DNA of 27,190 nt from Ginkgo biloba (taxonomy: Eukaryota; Plantae; Ginkgophyta), in contig JANKJI020000002.1 of the NCBI GenBank assembly GCA_024626585.2, forward strand, positions 12,841,123 through 12,868,312, in the 5' to 3' direction. The notes beneath the pieces are model-generated. The model ran no database searches and was not told the origin of the DNA. It was given only the letters and a program-made list of their open reading frames with translations. Every line of letters starts with the position of its first letter. Position 1 is the stretch's first letter. Shown piece after piece: positions 1 through 10,965 of the stretch. The translations under genes were made by a program, and so were the position numbers.

Positions 1-1291
1 TTTTTCTTCAAATTGTTGAATGTGCTCTAGGAAGCATGTGCTTCCACCAAGCATTATCTTTTGGGTAGAAGGTGCCTCACACCCATTTATCTTCTCTAAG
101 TAACATGTTCCCTAAAAATTTATCTTCTTTCTCTATCTCTAATTTATTCTTGATTATTATGACATTCCCACCATGTATTTAATATTGTGATTATCTTCAC
201 TAGTTTTAGATATTATTTGATATTTTGACAATTTGTTAAATTATATACTTTTATCTTCATTTGTGGTTGTTATTTTATTTGAATTACATATACAAGTATA
301 TGAACTAATGATCACACAATCTTCTCATTTCACATAACTATTATTATAGATAAAGTATGTAATATAATATAACAACAAATGAGGCACTCTTCTAATAAGG
401 ATACTCTTAAGGATATTTTTTTGACATGGAGGAGGGGTTAGGACAAGAATATAAATATCCTAATTGAGGGATAAAAGGGCCAGGGTGCCTAATGATTAGT
501 TCTTTGAGAGTAAGGAGAAATAAGTCGAGAACTACTTTTAGACCTAATGGAGTGCATGCCCATGAAGATCATTCTCTCTTCGTCCTCGTTAGGATGTAAA
601 TTCTTAATTTTTGCACATTATTTATTATCACCCTCATCCTATAAATAAACATTGTGTCCAAGATCCTTGTCACTCTTACATTCGTCAAAATATCTTTAAG
701 AATTACTGAATCATAATAGTCTTCTTGCAAATCAATGGATTTATTATTTCTTTTCTTATTCCTATAAGTATATTCCATGTTGGAATCAAGTTTCTAATTA
801 ATTCCAAGTTTACTTAATTAGGAAATATAGATAAAAATATGATTCCCCTCTCCAATATTTCCCTTACATAGACAATCCATTATCAATCTGCTTAATGTAT
901 TGATTTAAGAAAATATCATAATACATTGCAAGTGAACACTAAGTATGGTTTTGTTATGATGATGGGTCCATTGTAAAGTGTCCTAACAAAGACTTTATAC
1001 ATGGACATTAATTATACACTTATTTAAAACATGAGGTGAGGCCTAATCTATAGGGTGCATGATGAGTAGTTTAAAAATTTATTACCCTAATAATCCTTCA
1101 CTTAATAAAGTACATCTTCTCTCAACATCATTGGACATTTGATTCCATATAAGTCTATCTCATAACCAATGAGGATAATCTATTGAAAGAAAATAATACT
1201 ATTGACTCCAAAAAAATTGGGGAGAAAATGATAATACCTAGACCCTAACCAAGTCCCAAGGAAACAACCTACAAAATCAAAGTAGAGATGT

Positions 1292-1310
1292 GAAAGGGGG
1301 AATGTGATTA
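1292..1310 (+). mobile_element. Possible polypurine tract followed by LTR start (TG)
   Basis: GAAAGGGGGAA (1292-1302) is directly followed by TGTGA at 1303, the usual PPT/3'LTR geometry. No partner LTR was found. Confidence 0.25.
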
Positions 1311-1608
1311 GACTTAAGTAATTCTTTAAATTTGGTTTATTTTATTAAGTGATCCTCTTTTTGTTTATAGATGATTTAATATTTACTATTCCCTTTTATT
1401 ATTTTTATATTTATGAGATTAAGCACTAATTAAATAATTAAAGAAAATAGTAATAGTTAGTGATTAAAAACTTGTTTCCTTTGAATTTGGGTTGAATAGG
1501 AAAGTTTTTCCCAACTCAAGGGATGTTTATAAAATTTAGACTACTCAAATTGGAATGATATCCATGCATTGGATAGTTCCAATTCTTATGACTCAAGATC
1601 TAATAAAT

Positions 1609-1665
1609 AAGCATAGGTGGTTAAACACTCTGGTAAACCAAGGTTGATCATTAAGTTCAAACCAC
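1609..1665 (+). mobile_element. Possible degenerate tRNA-derived SINE head (Pol III A/B boxes)
   Basis: A-box-like AAGCATAGGTGGTTAA (1609-1624) and B-box-like AGTTCAAACC (1654-1663) at tRNA-like spacing. No cloverleaf or TSD was identified. Confidence 0.3.
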
Positions 1666-2029
1666 CACAACTAGTCCATTGTCTAGTGAATTGTGACTTG
1701 AGTGGTTATTGATTTCAAGATAATATAAATGGTTGAGAACAAGAAAAATATTTATTATATGGAAATAAAATGAAAATAAATAAATATATTAGGGTTTGGA
1801 CTTTGCCCTTATATGCTCTTTTTTTAGTTTTATTGGCTTTTTTAGCTTTTGTCCCTTTTTTAGTAGCTTAAGTAATTTCTTATTTTTTTTGTATCTATAG
1901 CACCATGGTTAGTCCAATAAGCTAGATANNNNNNNNNNNNNNNNNNNNNNNNNNNNNNNNNNNNNNNNNNNNNNNNNNNNNNNNNNNNNNNNNNNNNNNN
2001 NNNNNNNNNNNNNNNNNNNNNNNNNNNNT

Positions 2030-2605
2030 CATTACTCGTTGCATGTATATTTTTATGATTAGACTTAGTGCTAGTAGAAGAATTAATTATCTTAATGCTA
2101 TCTTGTAATTCATATGCCTCCAAAATAAGGATTTTATCAATATCATCTTTATATGATGTAGTCCCTACCTTAATGACATATATATGCACCTAAGGTTGAA
2201 GGGAGTTCATGAAAAAGTCATAGAGTTTCCTTCCATAGAAAGGACTTTTTCAAGATTAGATAAGAGACCTAAATCTCCTCAAAAAATTTAAATTAGATTC
2301 ATCATTGGTATTATTTAGTTACATAAAGGATTTAATCCATATGTTATAAGGTTTAGTTAATAAAAATATTATATAAATAAATCAACCATATATTGAAAGG
2401 TTGATATGGATTCCTTAAGAATTTGATAGAACCATCTGAGAGCTTGTCTGAACAAATTCCTAGGGACAATGTTTAGCATGATATCATCAAAAGGCATAAA
2501 TTTTTCATATGATATTTCATATGTATCTATATGTGATACAGAATCAAATCCTATAACCCCATTGAATTTGGGAATTTCAAGAGGAGTGTTAGGTAAGAGG
2601 ACCAA
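2030..2605 (-). mobile_element. Ty3/gypsy gag remnant (Retrotrans_gag-type capsid region)
   Basis: LEIPKFNGVIGFDSVSHI...IMLNIVPRNLFRQALRWFYQILKESISTFQYMVDLFI, then after a frameshift DESNLNFLRRFRSL...FFMNSLQP. This fits the gag pattern PKF-DP-HI / LFPRSL-G-AL-WF / E-F-FL-R. A Pro-rich stretch (VPPPPSMG, about 3020-3040) beyond the gap may be its N-terminus. Confidence 0.75.
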
Positions 2606-4900
2606 TTGAATAGATTTAAATAAAGGATTTTTTTATAGTTTGTATAAGNNNNNNNNNNNNNNNNNNNNNNNNNNNNNNNNNNNNNNNNNNNNNNNNNNNN
2701 NNNNNNNNNNNNNNNNNNNNNNNNTTGAAAGAATGGTATCGAGTATCAACTAACAACATTATAGGTGTGGAACTCAAATTTCTATGTGTAAAAATGACCT
2801 AAGTAAAATTCTTGAAGGCATTTAAGTGTTAAAGAAATAAATTATCGTATGAAATACTTGTATAATGAATTAATGAACTAACAATATTATTAGGACCATA
2901 AGGATAGGTGAATAAAAATTGACTATCAAAAGGAAGGAAGTGTGGTGGGAAGAAGGGAATATTTTGATAACCAATAGTAGTATTATGTGAACCACTAGAA
3001 GTAAAATTTCTTGAAGCCCCCATAGAAGGAGGAGGGGGAGGAACTTAATTATTTGTTGATTCTATTATTTATATATGCATAGACATATAATCATGGTGAG
3101 GACTCAAAGTATTGAAGGGATTGAGGGACTATTGATGAGGATTCATCAATTTAGTAATTCCTTGTAAATCAAATTGTCTATCATTTTCAACATGGTTAGT
3201 GTACTCATCATTTTAGAAATGTAGGTATAATTTCCCCTAGTGTATTTGATATAAGTTTTAGGATAATGGGATGTACATATGCTAATTTTGAGGATTAACA
3301 TAATAAATATAAGTACAAATAAATATTGTAATGCATATAATATAATCTTGTCTAATACATATCATATGCACAATTATTACAACTATATCGTTCATAATGT
3401 ATATGACTCAATGCATTCATCCTTATAGGTTACCCTCCATAATTTCCAAACTATGAGGGATCAATTTTAGGATGTTAGACTTGGGACTTATTTCCCATCT
3501 ACAAACTTTGGTTATTAGGTGATGGTTGTAGAGGATACAACAAAGGGGTTTTATTCTTATGTTACTTAGGTTCATTATTTTAGAGTAAAAAAATGTCTTC
3601 TGTAAGCTATGATTTATGTAGTGATACAATTCATTATTTAGATTATAACCTCTATGTTCTTAGATAGTTATGTGAATTGGGGGTGTTCAAGTTTAGATTT
3701 TGTGTATCTAACTACACATGTAGATCCTATGCATAGATTAATGTTTCCACTCAACATATATATAAATGAACTACATATTCACATATAGTCCCCCAAACAC
3801 TATAAATTCTCAATCACATTAATTCACATGTCTGCACAATAGGAATCTATAAGCTCATAAGAGATCTAATAGAATTTGAATAGTAAGGAAGAATTTGATT
3901 ATGCTCTCTTAATATAAGTGTGCAAAAATAATAATAGTACATAATATAATGCATGNNNNNNNNNNNNNNNNNNNNNNNNNNNNNNNNNNNNNNNNNNNNN
4001 NNNNNNNNNNNNNNNNNNNNNNNNNNNNNNNNNNNNNNNNNNNNNNNNNNNNNNNTAGCCTAGCTTTTATCTAGACCCCTTTGGCCTTTTTTATTTTGGT
4101 TAATTTAGGATGATATCCTTCTTACATTATTGACTATTCAAGTAGTTTACCCTTTATATTATTAAATGTTTACATTGTAATTGTATGGATCCCACCTCCA
4201 ACTCTTGTAGTAATGATTATGGACACATTGCTTACCAACTTAATAATAGAAAGCATTTGTGAGCATTAATCATTCGACTCTTTTCTTAAAGAACATTATT
4301 TATGAATATATCATGACAAAAGAGAAATTTCAAGAGCTTAATGTCTATATTTTATACACATAATATCACATGTAGAGACTAATTAGGTGATGGGAGAATA
4401 AGTAAAATGTCTATGGGAATGAAATTAGTTATTATGGGTTGGAAAAAATATGTACAACTAGAAGATCCAAATCACTTTATCTTCGCAATGCTATTATTAA
4501 AGGAGTTACTCTATTAAATGTTTGTCTAGCTTGGTGTTATTATAACTTAAAAATAGAAATCTCTTCAAATGGTATGCCATAAATATTATATTGTGCATGT
4601 AATTAAGTGAAGAGGAAATAATGTAACCCATAAAAATTTAAAATAAATAAATTAAGTTCCAAAGTTTATACATGATTTAAACTCTTATATTCCTATATGT
4701 AAAAGAACTAAGGTGGAAGTTGCCTAAGGTATTAAGTGATGTACCTGATGACATATGATTAAAATAAACCTTTAAGATGCAAAAGTGTTGATCGTAAACC
4801 AAGGGGTAATCATCTCTTTACCTCTCATTGTTATCTATAAACTTTGGTGTAATAGGATTTATATACAAACTATATGGCCCTATCCTTATCTACAACAAAT

Positions 4901-4916
4901 TCCTCTACCAAATTTG
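4901..4916 (-). mobile_element. Possible LTR 3' end plus primer-binding site
   Basis: The minus strand reads ...GCTCA AATT TGGTAGAGGA, which is CA + short spacer + TGG, the LTR/PBS geometry. The cognate tRNA was not established. Confidence 0.25.
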
Positions 4917-5703
4917 AGCATGTATAGATTTGAGTAAAGGTGTGATGCTTCCTACAAGTGTTGTAAGTTTTCTTAATTGTGCTTCAATTTCTCTTGAAGC
5001 ACCATTATGGTTTTTTCTCATAATTAAAACTTGAATGTGTAGATTATTTTCATGTGTCGATCCCCTCATGTCACTTAAGGAAGTCACCCGTTGATACTCG
5101 TAAACCTATTACAACACTCACACAGTCCCCTATACAAGATTCTAAGTACACAAAGATTCTCACAAGTGGATAAGAATCTAAATCTTAAAGAATCTAGTCA
5201 ATATCTCATGAACTCAAAAGATTAGACAAGGAAGAAGAATGTATCTACTACAAAGTTTGTAAGAGTATAAGTGTTAAAATAATGTGAGAAAACAAGATAT
5301 GGATTATTTTATTCAAAATTCATAAAATATACATAGTAGCATAGGCCCTATAAAGGAGAGTTAGAGTGTCTATCACCTAGTCACACCTGAAGATAAACAA
5401 ATAGGTCATATCATCTTTGTGTGGAATATGAGTCACCTAGGGAGCTTTCCTTGGCCTAGGAAGATGACACTGGTAATGACTGAAGGGGTGGGGGGTGAAC
5501 TACCCCCCCCAAAAGTCTTTTGTTATAGTACTAAAGGCTTCTTATACCATGGAGTAAATAGAAGAGGATTTGATGTCTTATCTAATGAGAAAAGATAGGT
5601 AAAGAATAACAACCAAATATTTGATTAATAGATGGAGAAGTAATAATCTAAGCCACATATCTCCTACAAATAATAAACTTTCAAAAATAAGGTAATTATT
5701 TTC

Positions 5704-6205
5704 AAAGAAAGATCCTTAATTTATAATTTTATAGGATTATGGCCATCTCATAGTATGTTGAAAGATTAGATTAACAGAAAATAGAAGTCGGCATGCTAAT
5801 ATAATCTATTCCTATGTGGGAGGGGATATCTTATGGTTATGTTCCAAAATAATAGAGAAAGGGAGAGACTATTTATGGAGGACCATATTTTTTTAATAGA
5901 GAATTTATATATATGAAGTATTGGGAGGTGAGAATTGACCCAACATAGACACCTTCAATGGAACCAATCTAGATGAGGTTACCTTTCTTTCCGCTAGAAT
6001 TGTATGACGAGGAGTTATTAAATCTCATTAGAGACATTATTGGAAAATTCATAAAGGTATCTACCTTGAAAAAGGAAGGGAAAATGGTTGCATATGCTAT
6101 AATTTGTGTAGACATGAACCTTTAAGAACCAATGCCTAAATACATAACTATAGAAGCAATGGGGTACTCATAGAAATAAGTCCTTGATTTTGAAAATGTA
6201 CCCTT
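5704..6205 (+). mobile_element. Plant L1 LINE ORF1 remnant (DUF4283-type), cut by gap before zinc knuckle
   Basis: SLIYNFIGLWPSHSMLKD*I...CGRGYLMVMF, one frameshift, then GGPYFFNREFIYMKYW...PI*MRLPFFPLELYDEELL...IGKFIKV...YAIICVDMNL*EPMP...VLDFENVP. This matches plant L1 ORF1 motifs GxWP, GPYF, PVWxRLxxLP, ARICVxxD and LDYExxPF. Confidence 0.85.
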
Positions 6206-6309
6206 NNNNNNNNNNNNNNNNNNNNNNNNNNNNNNNNNNNNNNNNNNNNNNNNNNNNNNNNNNNNNNNNNNNNNNNNNNNNNNNNNNNNNNNNNNNNNNN
6301 NNNNNATAA

Positions 6310-6546
6310 TGTAGGTAATAAAAACCTCTTTCTCAAATTTGTTTATTACTATACTAGAAATTTTTCCTACACCTTATGTGCAAGCAGTATCGTAATTAAA
6401 TCTCTACTGAAATTTTCTTACACTTTGAATGTAGGTAAGATCATATTTTTATTTTTACATAAAAAATAACTTGCATTTTGGGTTCAAATAGTGTTACAAT
6501 TCAGTTTTCAACTAAAATATTCCCTACACTGTGAATGTAAGAAAAT
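6310..6546. repeat. Cluster of CTACAC/TGTAG motifs in inverted orientations
   Basis: ATTTTCTTACACtttgaaTGTAGG (6412-6435) and CCTACACtgtgaaTGTAAGAAAAT (from 6523) are inverted relative to each other. Further half-sites occur at 6310 and 6366. Confidence 0.4.
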
Positions 6547-6849
6547 ATAAACAAAAAGTAAACTTAAAACTAGGACCATTAAACAAAGATATAATCAAAT
6601 AAGGGTAAGATAGGCACTTGTAGGATTAAATGCATATAATATTTTTAGATTTGCCACTAATTAAAGGTGGAATCTACAAGTAAATATTTGGAAGAATAGA
6701 TATGTACTAAGGACAGTAAGGAGCCCTTTTATTCCCTAATAAACACAAAAAAAATTGTTCACCAACTCACACTTCCATTTTATACAAAGGAAATTTATAG
6801 GAAGTCCCCTCTCATAAGCTATAAATTAGCTTGTGATTTTAATTAAGAG

Positions 6850-8242
6850 ATTAAGTTTTCTCTAGTACAAGGATTTTGGCATGACTTTAGCCTATACTTA
6901 TTAGCCATAATTTCTATATATTATCCATTAATCATCATCATATTTACAATTCCATTAGGAAAAATCTCTTTTACCTCATATGGTCCCATATAATAGACCT
7001 AAAGCTTTCTTGGAAAACCTTTGTATTGAGAGTCATATAATAATACCTAATCACATAGATTTATAATCATACACCTTACATATTGGTTATTCCACACCTT
7101 TCTCTACTATTATAAAATCTTGGTCCAAATCTTAGCATCCTCTATAAATTCATCTAGTGTACGCATTTGGGATAATCGTTCCTTTTGAGCGTCATCTAGA
7201 TCCAATCCTAACTGGATAGTTTTTCTTAATGTCCTGATCTCTAACTCTATAGGAAAAATAAGGTGTTTGTCATAAATCAACTCATAAAGGAGGAACCCTA
7301 TTATGAACTTCCATGTGGTACTATAAATGAATAACACTTCTAGTAATCAATCTCTCTAATCTCTATGATGTACCTAAACCACTTTTGTTAATATATATTC
7401 TATCTCCCTAATCATAAATTCTACTTGGCTATTTTCTTGAGGGTAATACAGAGTGGATTTTTGATATCTGATCTAGTTTTATTCCATCAATGCCTTGATG
7501 ACCTAACTTATGAAAGATATCCCTCTGTCACTGACCAACTCTTAAGGTTCTCCCTATATTATGAAAATCTCTTCATATAAAAAGATAGCTATATTATTTG
7601 TATTGGCTTCCTTTATAGACTAGGACTCCACCTAAAATGAATCTATATTATTTTGAGGAGGTTAGAGAGATTGGGACTATAAAATCCATGCCCCACTTCT
7701 CAAAAGACTCAACTACAAGTACTGAATGTAAAGGCATGGACCTTTATTTTGAATTTTTACCTATGCATTAACAAATATCACATGCCCTCATATACTCAGA
7801 TACATCTTTAAATACTGTGGGATAATAATACGTAACCTGCAAAATCTTAAAGGCATTCATTCGTGTAGCATAATATCCTCTATAAAGTTTGTCATGAAAA
7901 TATCTAAGTAAATCATACATTTTATCCTCTTGAAGGCATCTCCATGTCATATTATAAAATCCTTTCTTGTATAATAATCCATCAATCCATGTACATGGAG
8001 CACTCTTCCAAATCAAATGTTTCTTCTTGTTAAGGGAAAGGTGATATGGCACTACCCCTGCTGCTACAAAGTTTATAATATCAAAAAACCATGACATTAT
8101 GGTACTAACAGAAAATAATTATTCGTTAGGAAAGGCATCCTCAACTAGGACTTCATATTTCTAATTCATAATTCTAGATAAATGATCTACTATGATATTT
8201 TCTCTACTAGGTTTATCTTCAAAGGAAAAATTTAATTCTTTT
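6850..8242 (-). mobile_element. Ty3/gypsy pol remnant: RNase H C-terminus plus nearly complete integrase
   Basis: EDKPSRENIIVDHLSRI...DAFPNE (RNase H end); SWFFDIINF...FHDKLYRGYY...YYYPTVFKD...CDIC (HHCC zinc-binding domain); ESFEKWGMDFI, ELVSDRGISF and YYPQENSQVE (DDE core); MGPYEVKEIFPNG...ANKYRLK (GPY/F module). It has many stops and a few frameshifts or deletions. RH-before-INT order is the gypsy order. Confidence 0.92.
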
Positions 8243-8620
8243 AAAAAACACAACCTGTGTAAGCCCGCTACAATTTTTTGGGCAACTCAGTTGATTATAA
8301 CTCTCCCTATGGGCTGTGGTCAATGCCAAACTTTGAGGAATCCTATTTCTCAACCTTCTGACAGGTTTGGATCTTAGAAATCATGAAAAATGATGGATTA
8401 TGTGAAGAGAACGATCAACGTTGTCCTAAGAGAGCTACTATAACACAAATTGGGGGTCATCATAGGTTAAATTCTATGTAATGAGAGATCGCCTGTGACT
8501 CTNNNNNNNNNNNNNNNNNNNNNNNNNNNNNNNNNNNNNNNNNNNNNNNNNNNNNNNNNNNNNNNNNNNNNNNNNNNNNNNNNNNNNNNNNNNNNNNNNN
8601 NNGAAATTATCACTTAGAGA

Positions 8621-8815
8621 AAATGACAAAGTTTCATAAACTTAGTGAAGTATAACAACTTTGTCAAAAGGTGTAGTTCATTTCATGAAAGGTTGCATAT
8701 CACAAGGAATTGACAACTTCAAAAATATGACAAGGTTTCACAAACTTGGTGAAGTGTGATGACTCTGTCAATGATCGTGATTAATTTCATGAGAAGTTGC
8801 AATTACAAGGAATTA
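8621..8815 (+). repeat. Two-copy tandem repeat, period about 104 bp
   Basis: ATGACAA-GTTTCA-AAACTT-GTGAAGT...TTTCATGA-A-GTTGCA...ACAAGGAATT starts at 8623 and again at 8727. Many of the differences are transitions. Confidence 0.8.
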
Positions 8816-9207
8816 TTGGAATATGCAATTAAAGGCGATGGTTTAAAGTGTTGCACCAATTGCAATGTTGCAAAGAAATGCAAGAATTATAAAAATCATG
8901 TAAAGGATTGTAATGGAATGAAGGTAAGAATGAAGGAAAGAGAGTGAGCGTAGAATTTCAAAAAAAAAATATTAATGGCATTATGTGTTGAGTTAATAGT
9001 TGTTATGGTTCCTTAAAAAATTATAAAAGTAAAATATTAGTGTAAGATTATTCATAAAGTGATTGTGTGAATACTCAAGTTGTACTAGAGTAATTGAGGC
9101 GATTAAGGTGATCACTGGAAGAGCATTGTGCATAGGTAAATTTTTTAGGAAATTACTGTAATTATTCTATGTACAACAAGGATTAGAGGTTTTTCTTCAA
9201 ATTAAGT

Positions 9208-10235
9208 GTTAAAATTTTTTTAGCAAAGAAGGTGATAGCTTAAAAGGTTACTCTATATAATGGATCTCTATAAGAACATGGTTGTGTATGGTACCATCCC
9301 TAAGGATTGGGAGAATTGCCACAAAATAGTTGTAAAGCTTCCATAGTGAAGAAATTGAACTAGAATGAAGAAACATTTAAGGAGTACACTAAGTGCTCTC
9401 ATATTCATATAATTATAATGATTTCAAGGTTGGTATATAATACATCTCTAGCTAAAGAGTTTATATATGCTATGAATGCAAGTGACATTGCCCTGGGTAA
9501 TAAATACTCAAGGGTGGATGAAATTCGATCTAGGATTTATCCAATATTCTGAATGAAGGGAAGAAAATAAACCTAGCTTAGAGAAAAAATGGTTAAATTT
9601 AAAAAGAAAGACAGGTGTTGAGGAACTTATGCAAGAAGCCTTAGTTTCTTTAAATAAAATATAGTGGATTTTTATTAGGTGGTCAAAGGATCCTATGAAG
9701 GAATTATAGTGGGAAATATAGGGTTACTTAGAGAAATGGATTTGAATCACATTCCAGTGGAGTGATTGAAAATCATATTTGATTCTCTCTAGAATGGTGT
9801 CAAATATAATTTTGCAGTATTTTATGCTAGTAAGATCCTATCTAATATTTATTTGGTAAATATAGATAGGTCAAATAAATTCTAAGAAGGCACAAAGGAG
9901 GAGAGCTAGAAGAAACACTCTAAACCAAAGATTTAGGGTAAGAGAGAGAATAAAGGATGTGTTTCTACATATCATAATATAAAGAGACCAAAGGATACTG
10001 GTAAAACAACTCTATAATAAAATACTTTAGTAAATAACTTGTGGGGAAGTTATCCCCATACTATAATTAGAGAATATAGAGGAAATGATCCTCCAGAATG
10101 AGGTACAGATGTTATGAATCCTCATCAAATCCAAAAGGTACAATTTGAGGGTGATGAAGAATAGAAAAAAGAGAAGGAAGAGTTTTCATGAAAGAAGGCT
10201 AAAAAAAATTCTAAAGAATTGAATAAATCAATGTA
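9208..10235 (+). other. Possible decayed accessory ORF of a retroelement
   Basis: Frame +1 has scattered stops, one 62-codon open stretch (9364-9549), protein-like GLLREMDLNHIPVE*LKIIFDSL*NGVKYNFAVFYASKI and a charged K/E-rich tail. No family was securely recognised. Confidence 0.3.
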
Positions 10236-10315
10236 AGGAAAGTTTATGCAATAGGATGCAATGTCGTAAGGAAATCCACCATTGCATAAACATTCAAAGC
10301 ACTATGAAAGTGGGA

Positions 10316-10459
10316 AAAAAGATACAAGTACGCAAAAAATTATGAATGTGCAATATGTTATGAGTGTGTAAAAAGTTATGATTGCACAAGATGTTGTGAG
10401 TGCAAAAAAAGTTATGACTACACAAGTTATTATGAGTACGTAAACATATATGACTTTTC
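10316..10459 (+). repeat. Minisatellite, 8 x 18 bp with alternating A/B units
   Basis: Ungapped 18-bp units: aaaaagatacaagtacgc / aaaaaattatgaatgtgc / aatatgttatgagtgtgt / aaaaagttatgattgcac / aagatgttgtgagtgcaa / aaaaagttatgactacac / aagttattatgagtacgt / aaacatatatgacttttc. Confidence 0.85.
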
Positions 10460-10965
10460 AAATTGATGTGTTTAGATTTTGTATACTTAGCTAGTTAAAC
10501 TAACAGTTGGCAAGCAATCTATGCATTGTTAGACATTATAGGAGAATTTTAATAGTAGGATATATTCTTTGGGATCTTCAAGTAGAAGCAATGTGTATGA
10601 CTTCTCAATTGATTTGCTTAGAATTGGAGATTTATTTATTTATTTAACTCTTCAAGTAAATGCGTAGGATTAATTTTAAATTCCATGAACCACAATGCTT
10701 TGCTAGATTTGTCAAGAGGAGAATTTCAAACTTAGAATATATGCTTTTGGATCTTCAAGTAGAAGCAATGTGGTTGACTTTTCAATTGATGTGTTCAGAA
10801 TGCGAGATTTTGGGGGAGGTGAGAATCTAGAGAAAAAAGAGAGCATTATTTGGTGTTTTTGGTATTCTACTTGCATTCAAAATGTGTATTCCTTTTAATT
10901 GATTTGTTTCAAATAAGAGATCGCTTCAATCTCCGAGTAAAAAGCAATGGATCACTTTTTAAGTG
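10450..10965 (+). repeat. Degenerate tandem repeat, best period 177 bp
   Basis: The exact 24-mer GGATCTTCAAGTAGAAGCAATGTG occurs at 10572 and 10749 with alignable flanks. Partial copies of TGACTTTTCAATTGAT and AGTAxAAGCAATG occur near 10450, 10890 and 10935. Confidence 0.75.

Noticed and set aside
567-584. DHSLFV, resembling a copia RT motif
   Set aside because: No downstream YVDD or other copia motifs are present.
10316-10459. CRISPR-like array
   Set aside because: The units are contiguous with no unique spacers, there are no cas genes and the context is eukaryotic.
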